Shown here: positions 47,117 to 56,054 of the stretch, one piece after another | Layout of the letters: each line of letters opens with the position of its first letter | Numbering within the stretch: the first letter of the stretch is position 1 | Assembly (NCBI GenBank): GCA_023663945.1 | Contig: JAMPGL010000015.1 | Coordinates: forward strand, 214-64,213 | DNA from: Lachnospiraceae bacterium | GTDB taxonomy: Bacteria; Bacillota; Clostridia; Lachnospirales; Lachnospiraceae | Reading direction: 5' to 3' | DNA length: 64,000 bases | Position numbers and translations under genes: made by a program | Notes under the pieces: model-generated | What the model saw: the letters and a program-made list of their open reading frames with translations, nothing else | Databases searched by the model: none | What the model was told of the DNA's origin: nothing

Positions 47117-48610
47117 ATGTTCGATTTATCCCAATTTGAACGATATAAAGAAGACAATAAAATGGAAGTCAAGAAAGCGAAATGCGGCTTGCCGGATTCT
47201 TTGTGGAGTACCTATTCAGCATTTGCTAATTGTTACGGAGGCGTGATTATTCTCGGTGTTGCAGAAAATGAAGATGGAAGCTGGTATACAACAGGTTTAC
47301 GGGATGAGAATAAGTTACGCAGAGATTTTTGGAATATAATTAATAACAAGCAAAAAGTGAGTGCCAATTTTTTGCTGGATAGAGATGTGCAGACATATCA
47401 AATGAATCAGGATACGATAATGGTTATTTATGTCCCGGCGGCAAAGCGGGAGCAAAAACCTGTGTATATCAATGATGACCTGTTCGGGGGAACTTTCCGA
47501 AGAAATTGGGAAGGAGATTATCATTGCACGCCAAGTGAGGTAAAGGCGATGCTCCGCGATCAGACGGAAGACACTATGGATATGAAAATCCTTGAAAATA
47601 TGCAGATGGATGTGTTTAATATGGAAACAGTACATGCTTACCGGAATCGTCATATAGCATATCGGCGAGAGCATGTATGGGAACAGTTGGAAGATGAGGA
47701 TTATTTAGAGCGAATTGGAGCGGCAAAAGTGCTCAGCACCGATGGTAAGCTGCATCCTACGGCGGCAGGACTTTTGATGTTTGGAAATGAATATAAAATT
47801 TTATATGAATACCCAGATTATTTTTTGGATTTCAGGGAATTATTGGATCCGTCAATTCGATGGACAGACCGGTTGCAATCCAGCTCGGGAGATTGGACAG
47901 GTAATCTGTTTGATTTCTTTTTCAGGGTATATGGAAAGCTGGTAAAGGATGTTAAAATCCCTTTTAAACTGGAGGGAGTGGTAAGAATTGATGATACGCC
48001 CGTACATAAGGCAATTAGGGAAGCACTTGCAAATTGCCTTGTGAATACGGATTTCTATCTGCCGCGCGGTATTGTTATTAAAAAGGATGCTGACAGTATT
48101 GTTATGGAAAATCCCGGAAGCATACGTACAGGAAAAAAACAAATGTTGAAAGGCGGCATATCTGACCCAAGAAATAAGACACTTATGAAGATGCTAAATA
48201 TGATTGGCATTGGAGAACGCGCAGGCAGTGGCGTACCGGATATTTATTCTGTATGGGAGAATCAAGGCTGGATTGCACCGGAGGTGATAGAAGAGTACGC
48301 ACCGGATAGAACAATTTTAAAACTGTCATTTGTCAATGTGGAGGTTAAAAAAGTGACAGAAAAAAGTGACAGAAAAAAAGTGACAGAAAAAAGTGACAGA
48401 AAAAAAGTGACAGAAAAAACGGAGAAGCAAATGTTGCAGATTTTAAGCCGAATGCAGCCGGATATAAAATATAAAGTAGAAGATGTGGCAGAATGGTTGG
48501 ATGTAGGCAGGACAAGAGCAAGAACATTATTAAAAATATTGGCTGCAGATGGAAAAATTTTAGAAACAGGCTCAACAAAGATGAAAAGATATCAATTGAG
48601 AGAATATTAA
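47117..48610 (+). CDS. Schlafen/AlbA_2 domain protein with HATPase_c_4-like domain and C-terminal HTH
   Basis: KEDNKMEVKKA..LWSTYSAFANCYGGVIILGV; AIREALANCLVNTDF; SDPRNKTL..GERAGSG..I; C-term VAEWLDVGRTRARTLL. Confidence 0.85.
   Translation: MFDLSQFERYKEDNKMEVKKAKCGLPDSLWSTYSAFANCYGGVIILGVAENEDGSWYTTGLRDENKLRRDFWNIINNKQKVSANFLLDRDVQTYQMNQDTIMVIYVPAAKREQKPVYINDDLFGGTFRRNWEGDYHCTPSEVKAMLRDQTEDTMDMKILENMQMDVFNMETVHAYRNRHIAYRREHVWEQLEDEDYLERIGAAKVLSTDGKLHPTAAGLLMFGNEYKILYEYPDYFLDFRELLDPSIRWTDRLQSSSGDWTGNLFDFFFRVYGKLVKDVKIPFKLEGVVRIDDTPVHKAIREALANCLVNTDFYLPRGIVIKKDADSIVMENPGSIRTGKKQMLKGGISDPRNKTLMKMLNMIGIGERAGSGVPDIYSVWENQGWIAPEVIEEYAPDRTILKLSFVNVEVKKVTEKSDRKKVTEKSDRKKVTEKTEKQMLQILSRMQPDIKYKVEDVAEWLDVGRTRARTLLKILAADGKILETGSTKMKRYQLREY
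48347..48413 (+). repeat. Five tandem A6-7GTGACAG units inside the Schlafen gene
   Basis: Units of 13,13,14,13,14 bp; encodes KKVTEKSDRKKVTEKSDRKKVTE. Confidence 0.9.
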
Positions 48611-48621
48611 ATATAAGAAGA

Positions 48622-48792
48622 ATGGAGGTATATGCAGAATATGATGAAGCAACAAAGTCTGATATACTTATTCCGGATGAGAAGGACAGAATGTTTTATG
48701 ATATTGCAAAATGCTGTCATGCCAGATTGATAACAGGTAATAATAAGTATTATCCAATAGATGAACTCGTAACTTCATTATGGGAGATGTAA
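48622..48792 (+). pseudogene. C-terminal remnant of a PIN domain toxin
   Basis: PDEKDRMFYDIAK..ARLITGN.KYYP; N-terminal half missing. Confidence 0.65.
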
Positions 48793-48922
48793 AATAATTT
48801 ATGTAAACTTTTTATTTCCAAAATACGGAATTAGTATTGATTTTCTGCGACGAATGCAGTATGATGAGTTTACATAATCTTATTATTATGGTAATCCAAT
48901 ATGAATGTTACGGAGGATACAT

Positions 48923-49990
48923 ATGAGAACAAGAAAAATCGTTAAAAAGTGTATGGCGGTCTGTCTTGCGCTGGGGCTGTTCATGACAGCAGGAAATCCG
49001 CAGGCAGTACGCGCGGAGGAGGCAGTTACCGTACAGGGGACTGTTCAATCAGGAACAACCTCTGAGCTTCTTTTGCTTTCCACAGACGGTGGAAGGATGG
49101 AGATTAAGCTGGACAGCGGAACAGATACCAGCGGCTGTAAGATTTTGCTTCCCGGCAAAAAAATTAGTGTTTCTGTCGTTCATGGCTCCGATGAGTATTT
49201 ACATGCAACCAGGCTTTCAACGGACGAGCAGGTGGTTTCCTTAAGCATAGACACATCATCTGCGGCTGCCGTGACGGGAACCATCAGCGACAAGACGAAA
49301 GGCGACGTCCTGTATTTTAACACTCCTCAGGGCGAAATGCAGATTAAGCTGGACACAACTACCAACATGAGCGGATGTTCCGTTTTGGTTGTGGATAAGA
49401 GTTATAGCATTGTCTGTGCAAGAGGATCGGATGCCTACATGCATGCAATCAGTATTTCGGATTCTTCCTCCGCAGCTGCGGGGACGGGAACGGTTGACAC
49501 GTCCATTACGCCTGCGCCTGCATCGGCAGTGACGGCTAAGACCATGTCCGTAACGGGAACCGTATCCGATAAGACCAAGGAGAATCTTCTTTATCTGTCA
49601 ACCAATGACGGAGAAATGCAGATTGTGATTGACAACAATACGGACAGCAGAAACGGTCTGGTTCTCACTTCCGGAAGGAAGCTGTCGGTTTCCGTATATA
49701 ACGGCTCGGATGCTTATCTCCACGCAGCCAGCATTACAGGGACAAAAGAGAGCGTATTTCCGGCACAGATTGACATGAACACGAAAGCAGAGGTAAGCGG
49801 AACGGTAGGCAGTAAGTCAACGGAAAACATACTGTTTCTTAAGACGCCTCAGGGAGAGATGGAATTAAAGTTAGATGCACTGAGCAGCGTTGTGGGCTGT
49901 AAGGTATTTGTCAGTGGGAAGAAGCTTACCGTAACCTGTGCAAGAGGAGCGGACGCTTACATGCACGCGCTTGATATTAAGGGAATGTAA
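48923..49990 (+). CDS. Secreted protein with four ~65-aa beta-rich repeats
   Basis: Signal peptide ending VRA-EE; four copies of V.GTV..GxM(E/Q)IxLD..G(S/A)D(A/E)Y(L/M)HA. Confidence 0.75.
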   Translation: MRTRKIVKKCMAVCLALGLFMTAGNPQAVRAEEAVTVQGTVQSGTTSELLLLSTDGGRMEIKLDSGTDTSGCKILLPGKKISVSVVHGSDEYLHATRLSTDEQVVSLSIDTSSAAAVTGTISDKTKGDVLYFNTPQGEMQIKLDTTTNMSGCSVLVVDKSYSIVCARGSDAYMHAISISDSSSAAAGTGTVDTSITPAPASAVTAKTMSVTGTVSDKTKENLLYLSTNDGEMQIVIDNNTDSRNGLVLTSGRKLSVSVYNGSDAYLHAASITGTKESVFPAQIDMNTKAEVSGTVGSKSTENILFLKTPQGEMELKLDALSSVVGCKVFVSGKKLTVTCARGADAYMHALDIKGM

Positions 49991-50041
49991 ACAGTGTACA
50001 GGGAATGAAAAGTGCACAGGGAATGGAAATCATGTAGTTTG

Positions 50042-50069
50042 ACTCCGGCAGAAATCTGCCGGAGTTTTA
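50042..50069 (+). terminator. Intrinsic terminator
   Basis: ACTCCGGCAG-AAAT-CTGCCGGAGT + TTT. Confidence 0.8.
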
Positions 50070-50160
50070 ATGTTTCATGGAAAAATGACAAAGAGCATTG
50101 TCTCTTTCTGAAAGTTCATGCTATAATCAATAAGATTACAATTTGAAAAGAGGGAAAACG

Positions 50161-50889
50161 ATGTATACTTTTCAGAGCCGGATACGATACAGTGAGACGG
50201 ATCAGACAGGGCATTTAAAATTGGAATCCCTGCTGGATTATTTTCAGGATTGCTCCACTTTTCATTCGGAGGATATTGGTCTTGGGCTGGATTATTGCTG
50301 GGAGCATCATGTGGTATGGGTGATGTCATCCTGGCAGATTGTGGTAAAGCGGTATCCGCAGATGGGTGAAAGGGTGACCATCGGAACACTGCCTTACGAG
50401 TTTAAGGGATTTGTCGGGTATCGGAATTTTTGTATGACGGATGAGCAGGGAGGGGAGATTGCCTGCGCAAATACGATTTGGAGCCTGCTCAGCACGGATA
50501 CAGGGAAACCGGCAAAACCGGATGCAAGGATGCTGGAAGGATATAAGCTGGAGCAAAGGCTTCCGATGGAGTATGCTCCCAGAAGGATAAGGATTCCGGA
50601 TGAGAGCGTTTCGGGGGAACCGATTGTGATTAAAAGCCATCATCTTGACACGAACCAGCATGTCAATAACGGTCAGTTTATCAGGATTGCAGTGGACTCT
50701 TTGGAACAGGGCTTTCCCATTGCCCAGCTCCGGGCGGAGTACAAAAGGCAAGTGCTGCTTGGGGAGGTTCTCACGCCGCATATTTCCCGGACGCAGGAGG
50801 GAAGGCATGTGGTTGTGCTGTATAATTCAGAAGGTGATGTGTGCTGCGTTACGGAGTTTGAAGAAGGCGTGAAAGGAATTGAGGATTAA
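50161..50889 (+). CDS. Acyl-ACP thioesterase
   Basis: RIRYSETD, LDYFQDCSTFHS, HLDTNQHVNNGQFI. Confidence 0.9.
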   Translation: MYTFQSRIRYSETDQTGHLKLESLLDYFQDCSTFHSEDIGLGLDYCWEHHVVWVMSSWQIVVKRYPQMGERVTIGTLPYEFKGFVGYRNFCMTDEQGGEIACANTIWSLLSTDTGKPAKPDARMLEGYKLEQRLPMEYAPRRIRIPDESVSGEPIVIKSHHLDTNQHVNNGQFIRIAVDSLEQGFPIAQLRAEYKRQVLLGEVLTPHISRTQEGRHVVVLYNSEGDVCCVTEFEEGVKGIED

Positions 50890-50891
50890 TT

Positions 50892-51746
50892 ATGATGGAG
50901 CTTGGAAAAAGGCAGATTTTGAAGATTGTCAAAAAGGTAGAGTTTGGAGTATATCTTGCGGACGAAAAGGACGGAAACCCGGAGGAAAAGGTTCTTCTGC
51001 CGAAGAAGGAGGTGCCGGAGACGGCGCAGATCGGTGATGAGATGGAGGTGTTTCTCTACCGGGATTCCAAAGACAGGCTGATTGCGACTACAAGGCAGAC
51101 TTCCCTTACGGTAGGGCACGTGGCGCTGCTTAAGGTTAAGGAGGTCGGCAAAATCGGTGCTTTCCTTTCCTGGGAGCTGGAAAAGGATCTGCTTTTGCCG
51201 TTCCGGGAGCAGACGGCGCCCGTAAAGGAGCAGGATGAGTGCCTTGTGGCGCTTTATGTGGACAAAAGCAATCGGCTGTGCACCACCATGAAAGTTTATC
51301 ATTATCTGGAAACGGACAGCCCTTACAAGAAGGATGATACGGTGCAGGGGCTGGTTTACGAGATCAGTGAACAGTTTGGAGTGTTTGTGGCAGTGGATGA
51401 TAGGTACAGCGGATTGATTCCGGCGAAAGAGCCTGCAAAGGACGTGAAGGTAGGCGAACGGGTACAGGCAAGGGTTGCAGGCGTTCTTGAGGATGGAAAG
51501 CTGACCTTGAGCCTTCGGGAAAAGGCTTATATTCAGATTGGAAAAGACGCAGAGAAAATATTAGAAATGCTGGAGCGGGCAGGGGGAAGACTGCCTCTTC
51601 ACGATAAGGCAGATCCAGAGCTTATCCGGGAGCAGACCGGCATGAGCAAGAATGAATTTAAGAGGGCTGTTGGAAGCCTGTATAAACAGCGTCTTATTCT
51701 CATAGAGCCGGATGGGATTCGGAGAGTGCAGGGGGAAACGGTATGA
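50892..51746 (+). CDS. cvfB: S1 RNA-binding domain protein (CvfB family)
   Basis: FGVYL..VLLP, VFLYRDSKDRLIATT, GAFL.W.LEKDLLLPF, C-term MSKNEFKRAVGSLYK. Confidence 0.88.
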   Translation: MMELGKRQILKIVKKVEFGVYLADEKDGNPEEKVLLPKKEVPETAQIGDEMEVFLYRDSKDRLIATTRQTSLTVGHVALLKVKEVGKIGAFLSWELEKDLLLPFREQTAPVKEQDECLVALYVDKSNRLCTTMKVYHYLETDSPYKKDDTVQGLVYEISEQFGVFVAVDDRYSGLIPAKEPAKDVKVGERVQARVAGVLEDGKLTLSLREKAYIQIGKDAEKILEMLERAGGRLPLHDKADPELIREQTGMSKNEFKRAVGSLYKQRLILIEPDGIRRVQGETV

Positions 51747-52720
51747 ACGCGAAAAGGGCAAATTGGGCATTTTTCTTTATGATCGTATCGTATCTTGGCG
51801 TGGCAATTCTGGCGGCATGGGTTTTTCCGGCGCTGACAAGTAATATTGTGCTGTCAAACCTGATGGTAGAAATTGCTATTTTTATTCCGATTATGATTTT
51901 TGTGCTCTGTTCGAAGGAAAAGATAACAAGCTTTTTGGGATTTCACAAAATGAAACCGGGAACGCTGCTTATGACCGGGTTATACACCTTTTTGACGCTT
52001 CCGGTTATAACGCTTTTTAATGTGATTTCTCAGTTTTGGGTGGAGAATGAAGTGACGGAGATGATAAGCGGCTATCAGGTGGCGGAGATGTCCTTTCTGC
52101 CGTTATGGTTTTCCATGGGAGTTGTCGCACCGGTGTTTGAAGAGGTAATCTGCAGGGGAGCCGTCTACCGCTCTTATCGTAGAAGCGGAAGCGCATTCCG
52201 TGCAATGATTCTTTCGGCGGTTGTCTTTGCCTGCCTGCACATGAATTTTAATCAGGCGGCATATGCGGTGGTTATGGGAATTTTGGCGGTTCTGCTGGTG
52301 GAGGCTACAGGAAGCTTATGGTCTTCCATTATTTATCATGGGTTGATTAACGGAGGAAACTGTGTGCTGATGTATATAGAGTTAAAGATGAATCCGGAGG
52401 TTTTCAGCCAATCTGAGGTTTCACTGGAGGCTTTATTTTATGTCACGGGAGCGTATCTGATGCTGGCGGCGCTGTTCCTTCCCTTTGCATTTGCGGTGCT
52501 GGCGTGGATGGAAAGACACGAGGGAAGAGAGGGAACCCTCAGAAGAATCTGGACGGAAAGAAAATGGACGCCTGAGCCTTACGAGAACAAAAAAGGGAAA
52601 ATGAAAAAGGATAAGCTGATTACCGTACCGCTGGTACTTACGCTTATCCTCTGCCTGCTTGTGATGACCGGTATATTCTTTGAAATAATTGTGCAGATAA
52701 TCTTAGCTGTCCGCGGATAA
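51743..52720 (+). CDS. CPBP (CAAX) family intramembrane metalloprotease
   Basis: APVFEEVICRG, FACLHMN, HGLIN. Confidence 0.9.
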   Translation: MNAKRANWAFFFMIVSYLGVAILAAWVFPALTSNIVLSNLMVEIAIFIPIMIFVLCSKEKITSFLGFHKMKPGTLLMTGLYTFLTLPVITLFNVISQFWVENEVTEMISGYQVAEMSFLPLWFSMGVVAPVFEEVICRGAVYRSYRRSGSAFRAMILSAVVFACLHMNFNQAAYAVVMGILAVLLVEATGSLWSSIIYHGLINGGNCVLMYIELKMNPEVFSQSEVSLEALFYVTGAYLMLAALFLPFAFAVLAWMERHEGREGTLRRIWTERKWTPEPYENKKGKMKKDKLITVPLVLTLILCLLVMTGIFFEIIVQIILAVRG

Positions 52721-52728
52721 CGGACAGT

Positions 52729-52770
52729 TAGTGTGCTGACACGTTCATAATCAAACTAACAGCACACTAG
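52729..52770. repeat. 42-bp collapsed relative of the 17269-17434 element
   Basis: TAGTGTGCTGACACGTTCATAATCAAACTAACAGCACACTAG: one arm plus terminal ACACTAG. Confidence 0.75.
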
Positions 52771-52955
52771 ACATACATGTCAAAATTACTTCCGACAGCC
52801 GGATTGACGGATAACTCCATGGAGCGATCCATCATGTTAATCAGGCTGGCGCCTGCTGATTCTGAGTTGTCCATTGCCTTATCAAGAACAGCGATTCCTA
52901 CCTGACTCATCAGATTGACGTTTGCCAAAGCGGTTGATAACTCTGGAATATTCAT
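52767..52955 (-). CDS. YjfB family (putative motility) protein
   Basis: IPELSTALAN..VGIAVLDKAMD..MELSVNPAVGSNFDMYV. Confidence 0.85.
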   Translation of the reverse strand: MNIPELSTALANVNLMSQVGIAVLDKAMDNSESAGASLINMMDRSMELSVNPAVGSNFDMYV

Positions 52956-53281
52956 CTAATCACTCCTTTCCGATTCTGGTGCATCCATTTGCAGTGCATA
53001 TAAGGAAAACTTATGGTTTCCTTATCACTTCCAGTATATCACAAAGAGAACGAAAATGCCACGGTATGGGCATTATTTTTTTGTATAGGTTGACGAGACG
53101 AAAAATAGGTAAAAATCGGCAAAATGCATTAAAAATACACAAAAATTTCATAATTAGAGGTAGATTTATTTGTACATTTATATTAAAATAAAAAGTGAGT
53201 TTGTCAGAATTTCTTTTTATGGGCAGGAAATATTGTTTAAATTGTATAATGCGCAGGTGTTTTTAAAGGGGGAAAAGGCAT

Positions 53282-54370
53282 ATGATTTCTAATCAGATTT
53301 TGCAGAATACGATTGACGGTCTTAAGGGAATAGCAAGGGTAGACTTCTGTATTATGGACACGGATGGCAAGGAGACGGCTTCCACTGCATCCAGTATGTC
53401 AGGCTGTGCCACGGAAGCGGCGGAGTTTGCCAAATCGCCTGCCGATTCGCAGGAGATCCGGGGGTTTCAGTATTTTAAAATTTACGATGAGCAGCAGCTT
53501 GAGTATATTTTAATTGCGGCAGGAACCGGTGAGGATGTCTATATGGCGGGGAAGATGACGGCGTTTCAGATTCAAAATCTTCTGGTGGCGTATAAGGAGC
53601 GGTTTGACAAGGACAACTTTATCAAAAATCTCCTTTTGGACAACCTGCTTTTGATTGATATTTACAGCCGTGCCAAGAAGCTTCACATTCAGACCGATGT
53701 GAAACGCGTGGTTATGGTCGTGGAGACGGCGGACGGCAGGGACAATAATGTGTTAGAGGCAATGAGGATTTATTTTGGAAGCGGCAGCAGGGACTTTATT
53801 ACGGCTGTGGATGAGAATAACGTAATCGTGGTCAAGGATCTTTCGGATGGAGACAACGCCTCCGATATTGGGAAGGCTGCTTTGGGGATAGAGGGCTATT
53901 TAACCAAAGAAGGAATGAAGGATATTCATATTGCATATGGAACGGTGGTAAAGGAGATTAAGGAGGTCAGCCGTTCCTACAAGGAAGCCAAAATGGCGAT
54001 GGATGTAGGCAAGATCTTTTTTGACGACCGCAATATTATGGCATACAGCGAACTTGGAATCGGGCGTCTGATTTATCAGCTCCCCATACCTCTGTGCAAG
54101 ATGTTCATCAAAGAGATTTTTGGAGGGAAGAGTCCGGATGATTTTGACGAGGAGACGCTCACCACGATCAACAAGTTTTTTGAGAACAGCCTGAATGTAT
54201 CAGAAACGTCCAGACAGCTTTTTATCCATAGAAATACCTTGGTATACCGCTTGGACAAATTACAGAAGAACACAGGGCTGGATCTGCGTGTTTTTGAAGA
54301 TGCAATCACATTCCGCATTGCGCTGATGGTTGTCAAGTATATGAATTATATGGAGAGCTTTGAGTACTAA
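53282..54370 (+). CDS. CdaR/PucR family transcriptional regulator
   Basis: GGDEF-like middle domain; C-term HTH NSLNVSETSRQLFIHRNTLVYRLDK. Confidence 0.88.
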   Translation: MISNQILQNTIDGLKGIARVDFCIMDTDGKETASTASSMSGCATEAAEFAKSPADSQEIRGFQYFKIYDEQQLEYILIAAGTGEDVYMAGKMTAFQIQNLLVAYKERFDKDNFIKNLLLDNLLLIDIYSRAKKLHIQTDVKRVVMVVETADGRDNNVLEAMRIYFGSGSRDFITAVDENNVIVVKDLSDGDNASDIGKAALGIEGYLTKEGMKDIHIAYGTVVKEIKEVSRSYKEAKMAMDVGKIFFDDRNIMAYSELGIGRLIYQLPIPLCKMFIKEIFGGKSPDDFDEETLTTINKFFENSLNVSETSRQLFIHRNTLVYRLDKLQKNTGLDLRVFEDAITFRIALMVVKYMNYMESFEY

Positions 54371-54406
54371 AAGATCAATAAGAATAATCAACAGAGGTGA
54401 AAGATT

Positions 54407-55153
54407 TTGGCAAAGAGTGAAGTAAAAGGCAGGAAGAGAAGAAGGCAGTCCGGAGGCAGTGAAGAGATTATTACGCTTAACAATGTAAGCAAGGCGTATG
54501 CTACCGGGGCGCCTGCATTAAACGGCGTGGATCTGCATATCCGGAAGGGAGAATTTGTTTTTATCGTGGGGGACAGCGGTTCCGGAAAGTCAACCATGAT
54601 CAAGCTTCTTCTCCGTGAACTGGTTCCCACATCCGGAAACATTAATGTGATGGGATACGACCTGGTGCGGATCCGTCACCGGAAAATACCGAAGTTCCGC
54701 AGAAATCTAGGGATTGTATTTCAGGATTTCCGCTTATTGAAGGATAGAAATGTCTACGAGAACGTGGCGTTTGCGCAGCGCGTTATCCAAGCATCCAGCA
54801 AGGAGATTAAGCGCAACGTGCCCAGCATTCTGGCAACGGTGGGGCTTGCAGGCAAATATAAGGCGAAGCCCAGACAGCTTTCCGGGGGGGAGCAGCAGAG
54901 AGTGGCGATTGCCAGAGCGCTTGTGAACCGCCCCAGCATCCTGCTGGCGGATGAGCCTACCGGTAATCTGGATCCCAAGAATACTTGGGAGATTATGAAG
55001 CTTCTGGAACAGATCAATGAAAATGGTACAACCGTATTGGTGGTAACTCACAACAGAGAAATAGTCAATGCTATGCAGAAGAGAGTTGTGACTATGAAGA
55101 AAGGCGTCATAGTAAGCGACGAAGAAAAAGGTGGTTATATCGATGAGGATTAG
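54407..55153 (+). CDS. ftsE: Cell division ATP-binding protein FtsE
   Basis: GDSGSGKST, RRNLGIVFQDFRLL, LSGGEQQRVAIARA, ADEPTGNLDP. Confidence 0.93.
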   Translation: MAKSEVKGRKRRRQSGGSEEIITLNNVSKAYATGAPALNGVDLHIRKGEFVFIVGDSGSGKSTMIKLLLRELVPTSGNINVMGYDLVRIRHRKIPKFRRNLGIVFQDFRLLKDRNVYENVAFAQRVIQASSKEIKRNVPSILATVGLAGKYKAKPRQLSGGEQQRVAIARALVNRPSILLADEPTGNLDPKNTWEIMKLLEQINENGTTVLVVTHNREIVNAMQKRVVTMKKGVIVSDEEKGGYIDED

Positions 55154-56039
55154 TACATTTTTTTATACGATCAAACAGGGGATCATAAATATTTTTCGGA
55201 ACAAGTGGTTCTCACTGGCATCCATAGCCACAATAGGGGCATGCTTATTTTTGTTTGGGTTATTCTATGCGGTGATAGCTAATTTTCAGAACATTGTCAA
55301 AACGGCACAGGAGGGTGTGTCCGTCACCGTGTTTTTTGACGAGGGAATCAGTCAGGAAAAGATTGAAGAGATTGGCGCATTGATAGATAAGCGCGTGGAG
55401 GTGTCGCGCAAGGAATTTATCTCGGCTGATGAGGCGTGGGAAAGCTTTAAAGAGGAATATCTGGGCGAGTATGCCGACGGTTTTACGGAGAATCCTCTTG
55501 CGGACTCCGCAAGCTATGAGATTTATTTAAATGACGTATCCATGCAGCCGGCGCTGGTAAGTTATCTGGAAGGAGTAGACGGGATAAGGACGGTAAACCG
55601 CTCGGAGATTACGGCTTCCACTCTGACAGGCGTAAATGGGCTGGTGGCGTATATTTCCGTAGGCATTATCGCTATTCTTTTTGCGGTTTCCATTTTCCTG
55701 ATCAGCAATACGGTAACGATTGGCATTGCGGTGCGCAAGGAAGAGATCACCATCATGAAATACATAGGAGCCACCGACTTTTTCGTGAGGGCGCCTTTTG
55801 TGATTGAAGGTATGCTGATTGGCGTGTTTGGCTCTCTGATACCGATTGGAATCATTTATGTTCTTTATAACAAGGTGATTGAATATATTATGTTAAAATT
55901 TCATATGTTGACATCGCTGTTGTCTTTCCTTCCGGTAGAGCAGGTCTTTGGCACGCTCCTTCCGGTATCCGTCCTTATGGGTGTGGGAATCGGTTTTCTT
56001 GGAAGTATCACAACAGTCAGAAAGCACTTAAGAGTATAG
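55143..56039 (+). CDS. ftsX: Cell division permease FtsX
   Basis: NIFRNKWFSLAS, NPLADS, ISNTV..VRKEEITIMKYIGAT.FFVRAPFVIEG. Confidence 0.93.
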   Translation: MRISTFFYTIKQGIINIFRNKWFSLASIATIGACLFLFGLFYAVIANFQNIVKTAQEGVSVTVFFDEGISQEKIEEIGALIDKRVEVSRKEFISADEAWESFKEEYLGEYADGFTENPLADSASYEIYLNDVSMQPALVSYLEGVDGIRTVNRSEITASTLTGVNGLVAYISVGIIAILFAVSIFLISNTVTIGIAVRKEEITIMKYIGATDFFVRAPFVIEGMLIGVFGSLIPIGIIYVLYNKVIEYIMLKFHMLTSLLSFLPVEQVFGTLLPVSVLMGVGIGFLGSITTVRKHLRV

Positions 56040-56054
56040 GCATAGGAGATTACA

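Noticed and set aside
46899-48900. Integrative element with attL/attR at tRNA-Gln
   Set aside because: No duplicate of the tRNA 3' end and no integrase found in the window
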